Below are positions 59,315 through 64,000 of a stretch of DNA of 64,000 nucleotides, one piece after another. A model generated the notes under the pieces. The model did not search any database, had not been told where the DNA came from, and was given only the letters and a program-made list of their open reading frames with translations. This DNA is from an uncultured Acidobacteriota bacterium (lineage in GTDB: Bacteria > Actinomycetota > Acidimicrobiia > Spongiisociales > ZC4RG35), in NCBI GenBank assembly GCA_963828465.1, contig CAWHEU010000020.1, positions 1 through 64,000 on the forward strand. The letters are read 5' to 3'. Position numbers and translations under genes: made by a program. Position 1 is the stretch's first letter. Every line of letters starts with the position of its first letter.

Positions 59315-61891
59315 TCACCTATCGAGCAGCCCGGCGTCACGCGCCATCGATGCTGCGTCTGAACGACTGTTGGCACCCAGCTTGCCGAGGATGGCCGAGA
59401 CGTGGTGATCGACTGTTCGGTTCGAGACGAAGAGCCGGTCGGCAATCTCGGCATTGGTCATGCCCTCGGAGAGATGGCGAAGCACTTCCAGCTGGCGCGA
59501 TGTCAGGCCGAATGGGTTATCCCGCGTGGTCCTGGTCGGTCCCCTGGGGACTCGATTCACCCCCGCCTCGGCCAGCTCCGCGCGGAGCCGGGCTGCCACC
59601 GGAATAGCGCCGAGATCGTCGAAGATCCCCAGCGCCTCGATACGAGCATCGGTGTCTCCATGACTCAGGGCCAGGGCCCTGTCATAGGGAATGCCGCGCT
59701 CCTTCCAGAATGCGGCGGCGCCCTCCCAGTCCCCAGCGCCGGCCAGGCGATACGGCTCGGGGGCGATATCGGGTATCTGGTCTATCTCGCCGATCAAACG
59801 GAGCCAGAAGGCGAGCTCTCCGGCCATCCATGGAGAGTCGCGTTCGATGCAATCAGCCAGAATCTCCCGCATCTGGGGGAAGATCGTCTCATCGAGCTTG
59901 CCCCCGATCCAGACGTACTCGGCCAGCGAAATCGCCGCCGGCGTGGTCCGCTGAACTTCGTTGGCCTGAAGAGAACGTTCCCACCCATCCATCAAGTGCG
60001 TCTTGGCATCCGGCTCGCCTCGACGGGCCTGAAGTCGACCCAGCAACGTGCTGGCCACGATGTTGGCCGTGCCCAGCTCGGCGAGGGTGTCGAGCACGAA
60101 GCAGACCTTCGCTTCTGCTTCTGCCCAGTTCCCCCTCATCTCGTCAATCAGCGCGAGTTCCCCGGTCACATACGCATCGAACGAAGCGATTTCCCGATCA
60201 ATCGAGAGCTCGTGGGCCCTACCCGCCCACAACTCGGCAGTCGGGAGGTCGCGGTAATAGATCGCGCCCCAGCTGATGTTGACTGCGGCCCGGATCTGGT
60301 CGTGGCTGGAATGGATGTCGGCGGACATGACGTAGCTCTCTTCCAGCTCCTCCATGCCTTCCGGATATCGGGCGATGATCTTCGCCGTCCCGATGTTGTT
60401 GAGGGCGTGTGCCCGGGCCTGGCTCGGCCCCTCGCCGGCCACTGCCAGGGCCTTCTCCCCGTACCAGCGCGTTCGCTTCTCATCGCCGGCCAACATCGCC
60501 AGTTGTGAGATCGCTGAGTATGCGGTCGCCAGAGGTAATCCACCGACCGACTCCAGGACCGACGCCGCCTCATTGGCCATCTCGGTGGCGAGCGCTCGAC
60601 GATTACGCACCCAAGCGATTCGGCTCCCGATCAGCAAGGAGTTGCCGAGCTTCTCTGGATTGCCCAATCTCCGCCGGATGCCTATTCCGATCTCGATGAT
60701 CTCCTCGGCCCATGCGATCTCACTACCGAGGTATTCCTCGAAGGCCCAGAGGTCGTAGTGGTCGGCGCACATCTCGGGTTCCAGCTGATCGACGTACGGC
60801 TCGAGGGCTCGCAGGTGAGCAACCGCCTCACTGTGGCTCTCCATGGCCGAGGCGCGCCGGGCGGCGAGGGGCGCCAAACGCAGGAGAGCTTCGACATCGC
60901 CCCCTACCCGGGCGTGGTGAGCGGCCCGAGAAACGTCGTAGCCGAGGTCCTCTACAGCCCGAAGCACATCGTGATTGATCTCCCGTCTCCTGATCTGGGG
61001 AAGGTCGGTCTCGACCGAGCGGCGGGCGAGTTCGTGCCGAAATGTGAGTGCGTTCTCCGTGAGCACGATTACCCCCGCCGCCTCCGCCTCACTGGCGGCC
61101 TCCTCCGAGGAACCGAGAACAGATTCGACCAGCTCCAACTCGGCCCGGCCCGGCACGACGGAAACCAGGTCTACCAATGCCCGCGAAGCTGGAGAGAGAC
61201 GAGAGACTCTCCCCATCACCGCGTCACGCACCGAGCCAGGAACCGACTCGTGCTCGGCGCCGAGAACCTCGGTCAGAAAGAAGGGGTTGCCCCCGGTCAG
61301 CTCCCAGAGACCGTCAGTGACGCCTCCTTTCTCCGATGCCAGCTCGGACACTGCTGCCGGAGAGAGCGGAGTCAGGGTGATCCGCTCCAGGACCGAAGCA
61401 GCGATGTCTGACAGGGCGACGCGCAGAGGACGGTCGCCCGGCACCTGCCCATCTCGATAGGTGAGGATCAGCAGGCCATGGGTCCGGGCGATTCGTCTGC
61501 CGAGGAACTTGATCAGATCCAGCGTGGCCTCGTCGGCCCAGTGGATGTCCTCGATGACGATCACGGTGGGTCGCAGGGACCGGGACATGAGCTCGAGGAC
61601 GAGGGCGAACACCTCGTAGCGATCGTGGCCGCGCAGAGCTTCGCTCAGAGAAGGTTCGTCGAGGGCCATGTCCCAGATGGGCCCCAGGGGCCGGGCGGTG
61701 AGCAGGTCGTCGCAGCCACCCCAGAGAACGTGGGCGTCTTCCAGATGAGAATCGGTGAAGACGCGGACAGCCGACGTCTTGCCGATACCGGCTTCTCCGC
61801 GTACCAGCACCGCCCGCCCATCGCCATCTCTGGCGGTGGCGAGCAACTTCTCCAGACGCTGGAGGACGTCGTCGCGTTCCAACAGGTTCAT
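59315..61891 (-). CDS. Large ATP-binding LuxR-family (LAL/STAND) regulator
   Basis: GEAGIGKT, IEDIHWAD, TGGNPFF; C-terminal LTSRQLEVL...TVDHHVSAILGKL. Confidence 0.95.
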   Translation of the reverse strand: MNLLERDDVLQRLEKLLATARDGDGRAVLVRGEAGIGKTSAVRVFTDSHLEDAHVLWGGCDDLLTARPLGPIWDMALDEPSLSEALRGHDRYEVFALVLELMSRSLRPTVIVIEDIHWADEATLDLIKFLGRRIARTHGLLILTYRDGQVPGDRPLRVALSDIAASVLERITLTPLSPAAVSELASEKGGVTDGLWELTGGNPFFLTEVLGAEHESVPGSVRDAVMGRVSRLSPASRALVDLVSVVPGRAELELVESVLGSSEEAASEAEAAGVIVLTENALTFRHELARRSVETDLPQIRRREINHDVLRAVEDLGYDVSRAAHHARVGGDVEALLRLAPLAARRASAMESHSEAVAHLRALEPYVDQLEPEMCADHYDLWAFEEYLGSEIAWAEEIIEIGIGIRRRLGNPEKLGNSLLIGSRIAWVRNRRALATEMANEAASVLESVGGLPLATAYSAISQLAMLAGDEKRTRWYGEKALAVAGEGPSQARAHALNNIGTAKIIARYPEGMEELEESYVMSADIHSSHDQIRAAVNISWGAIYYRDLPTAELWAGRAHELSIDREIASFDAYVTGELALIDEMRGNWAEAEAKVCFVLDTLAELGTANIVASTLLGRLQARRGEPDAKTHLMDGWERSLQANEVQRTTPAAISLAEYVWIGGKLDETIFPQMREILADCIERDSPWMAGELAFWLRLIGEIDQIPDIAPEPYRLAGAGDWEGAAAFWKERGIPYDRALALSHGDTDARIEALGIFDDLGAIPVAARLRAELAEAGVNRVPRGPTRTTRDNPFGLTSRQLEVLRHLSEGMTNAEIADRLFVSNRTVDHHVSAILGKLGANSRSDAASMARDAGLLDR

Positions 61892-61956
61892 GGTCGAAGG
61901 ATGGTAACGAGAGGGCGGTTTAGCTCCTATGGGGGACGACCCCTATCCTCCGATCG

Positions 61957-62844
61957 GTGCTCGCCCTGAAAGACCTGCACAAGCGCTACGACGAGGTCGT
62001 CGCCCTCGCCGGGTGCACTCTGCAGGTCGACCGAGGTCGAATGCTCGGTTTCCTTGGTCCCAACGGCGCCGGAAAGACCACTGCCATGCGCACGATTTTC
62101 GGGTTGGTCACGCCCGACTCCGGTGAGGTCACATGGGATGGCGGGCCGATAGGGATCGAGCAGAAACGCCGGTTCGGCTACATGCCGGAGCAGCGTGGCC
62201 TCTACCCCAAGATGCGGGCACAGGAGCAACTGGCGTATCTGGGGCGGCTTCGCGGCATGGACGCCAACGGGGCCTCAGCTTCGGCCGATCGCTGGCTGGA
62301 GCGTCTCGGGCTGGCCGACCGCCGGATGGACCGGGTCGAGGTGCTTTCCCACGGCAACCAGCAGCGTGTGCAGCTGGCGGCGGCCCTGGTGCACGATCCC
62401 GAGCTCTTGATCATGGACGAGCCGTTCAGCGGCCTCGACCCGATCGCCACCGAGACCATGGCCGACATCCTCCGTGAGCAGGCGGCACTGGGCAAAGCTG
62501 TGGTGTTCTCGTCACATCAGCTCGACCTGGTCGAGGACATCTGCGAGGAGGTTGCCATCATCAACGCCGGGCAGATAGTGGTCGAGGGGGACGTGCGCGA
62601 ACTGAAGGATGCGGCTCCGATCCGCCACCTCGAGGTCGAGCTCGATGGGGAGGTCGGGAACCTGTTCGACAGCCTCGATGGAGTGCGCCAGATCCGATCG
62701 GATGATCACATCCACACCGCGATAATCGACTCCGACACCGACGTTCGAAGCTTTCTGTCCAGGGCTCAGGAAATCGGACAGCTGCGTCATTTCGCCTATA
62801 CGACTCCCTCGCTGTCCGACCTGTTCAGGGAGGCGGTCAAGTGA
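61957..62844 (+). CDS. ABC-2 type exporter ATPase
   Basis: GPNGAGKTT, LSHGNQQR, MDEPFSGLD. Confidence 0.94.
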   Translation: MLALKDLHKRYDEVVALAGCTLQVDRGRMLGFLGPNGAGKTTAMRTIFGLVTPDSGEVTWDGGPIGIEQKRRFGYMPEQRGLYPKMRAQEQLAYLGRLRGMDANGASASADRWLERLGLADRRMDRVEVLSHGNQQRVQLAAALVHDPELLIMDEPFSGLDPIATETMADILREQAALGKAVVFSSHQLDLVEDICEEVAIINAGQIVVEGDVRELKDAAPIRHLEVELDGEVGNLFDSLDGVRQIRSDDHIHTAIIDSDTDVRSFLSRAQEIGQLRHFAYTTPSLSDLFREAVK

Positions 62845-64000
62845 GCTCGATGGGAACCGTGTGGCGGATAGCAATGCGGGAAATCCGCGAGCACGGAAGG
62901 TCGAAGTCGTTCTTGATCACGACGGTGGTCACGTTCCTGCTGGTGGGCGCTCTGGTCGTGGTCCCCGGGCTCATCGGCGGGGGCACCGAGGAATCCACTG
63001 TGGGCGGCGTCGGCGAGGGCAATGAGCCGATCGTTGCCGCAGCCGAGCAACTCGGCAATGCCTCCGACGAGCCCGACGCCGAGCCCTCGGTCTCGATGGA
63101 GCTGCAGGAATTCGAGGATCGGGAGGCTGCGGAAGCCGCCCTCGACGAGGGCGAGATCGATGCCATCCTGATCGACGGTTCGGAGGTGGTCGTCGAAAGT
63201 GTTGGAGGCTTTGGCGAGTCGAGCCTGCTCAGCCTCCTCCAGCGAGGCGCTGCTTCGGTCGAGTTGGAGGCCGTCGTCGCTGAAGGTGGCCAGGCCGCGG
63301 CGGATGTGATCGAGGTCATGACGTCGGATCCATTGGAGACCACGACCCTCACGGGTCCTGAAGCCGGTGACGAGACCCGGGGAGCGGTGGCGTACGCCGG
63401 GCTTCTCCTCCTCTATATCGCCGTCTTGCTCTACGGGAACTGGATGCTTTCAGGGGTGACCGAGGAGAAGTCCAATCGAGTGGTCGAGGTCCTCCTGTCG
63501 AGCGTCAAGCCGTGGCAGATCCTCGCCGGGAAGATCATCGGGATCGGCTCACTCGGCATCGCCCAGTTCGCCGGGACCATCCTGGTGGCCTTCCTCGCAG
63601 TCAATCTCACGGGTGCCATCGAATTGCCAAGTCTCGACGTGGTAGTCGTGGCCAACCTCATCTTCTGGTTCATCCTCGGGTTCCTCCTCTTCGCGGTGAT
63701 GTACGGCGCGGCAGGATCCTTGGTCAGCCGCATGGAGGACGCCCAGAACGTGGCCTTCCCGATGTCGATGATCGCTGTTGCCGGGTTTTTCGTATCGATC
63801 GCGGCACTGGGAGATCCCGACGGCACTGTCGCTGTGGTTGGCACCTTCATCCCCTTCACGGCTCCCTTCGTGGTCCCGGTCAGGGCCGCTCTCGGGGCCA
63901 TACCGGCATGGCAGTACATCGCGTCGGTCGTGATCACGATCGCCACCATCGTCGGCCTGGTGCTGGTTGCGGGCCGGATCTATGCCGGAGGACTGCTCAG
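62841..64000 (+). CDS. ABC-2 type exporter permease; runs off the window end
   Basis: Manual translation from GTG 62841: WRIAMREIRE...GVTEEKSNRVVEVLLS...GKIIG...VSRMEDAQ. Confidence 0.9.
   Translation, partial: MSSMGTVWRIAMREIREHGRSKSFLITTVVTFLLVGALVVVPGLIGGGTEESTVGGVGEGNEPIVAAAEQLGNASDEPDAEPSVSMELQEFEDREAAEAALDEGEIDAILIDGSEVVVESVGGFGESSLLSLLQRGAASVELEAVVAEGGQAAADVIEVMTSDPLETTTLTGPEAGDETRGAVAYAGLLLLYIAVLLYGNWMLSGVTEEKSNRVVEVLLSSVKPWQILAGKIIGIGSLGIAQFAGTILVAFLAVNLTGAIELPSLDVVVVANLIFWFILGFLLFAVMYGAAGSLVSRMEDAQNVAFPMSMIAVAGFFVSIAALGDPDGTVAVVGTFIPFTAPFVVPVRAALGAIPAWQYIASVVITIATIVGLVLVAGRIYAGGLL

Noticed and set aside
58012-61891. dGTPase plus STAND ATPase as an anti-phage defence system
   Set aside because: The dGTPase is the short housekeeping type and the STAND protein ends in a LuxR HTH; they are convergent and have no defence-island context.

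Overview
GC-rich actinobacterial chromosomal DNA, probably Acidimicrobiia-like (inferred from gene content and Thr-rich lipoprotein linkers). It is densely coding, and I saw no rRNA, tRNA or CRISPR array. Most of the window is accessory metabolism and transport: a LacI-controlled amidohydrolase/LVIVD/creatininase cluster (1-7.3 kb); PiT, PadR and TetR modules; an HtrA-MoxR-DUF58-VWA operon; DUF4331-TPR; and a large GntR-linked catabolic locus with two Tm-1-like (UPF0261) genes, a TIM-barrel protein, a cupin and an ABC importer (41.5-57.9 kb). The most unusual object is a ~3.3 kb integrated element (12748-16034). It is bounded by a perfect 17-bp direct repeat and tandem GTGACAC arm-type motifs, and it sits across the stop codon of a prenyltransferase-like gene. 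It encodes no integrase, but carries an excisionase-like HTH, a triple-HTH protein, a small HNH nuclease, a cupredoxin lipoprotein and two hairpin-rich non-coding blocks. About nine single-base frameshifts in otherwise intact genes suggest long-read consensus errors. All calls come from reading the sequence and translations by eye; no searches or folding programs were run.
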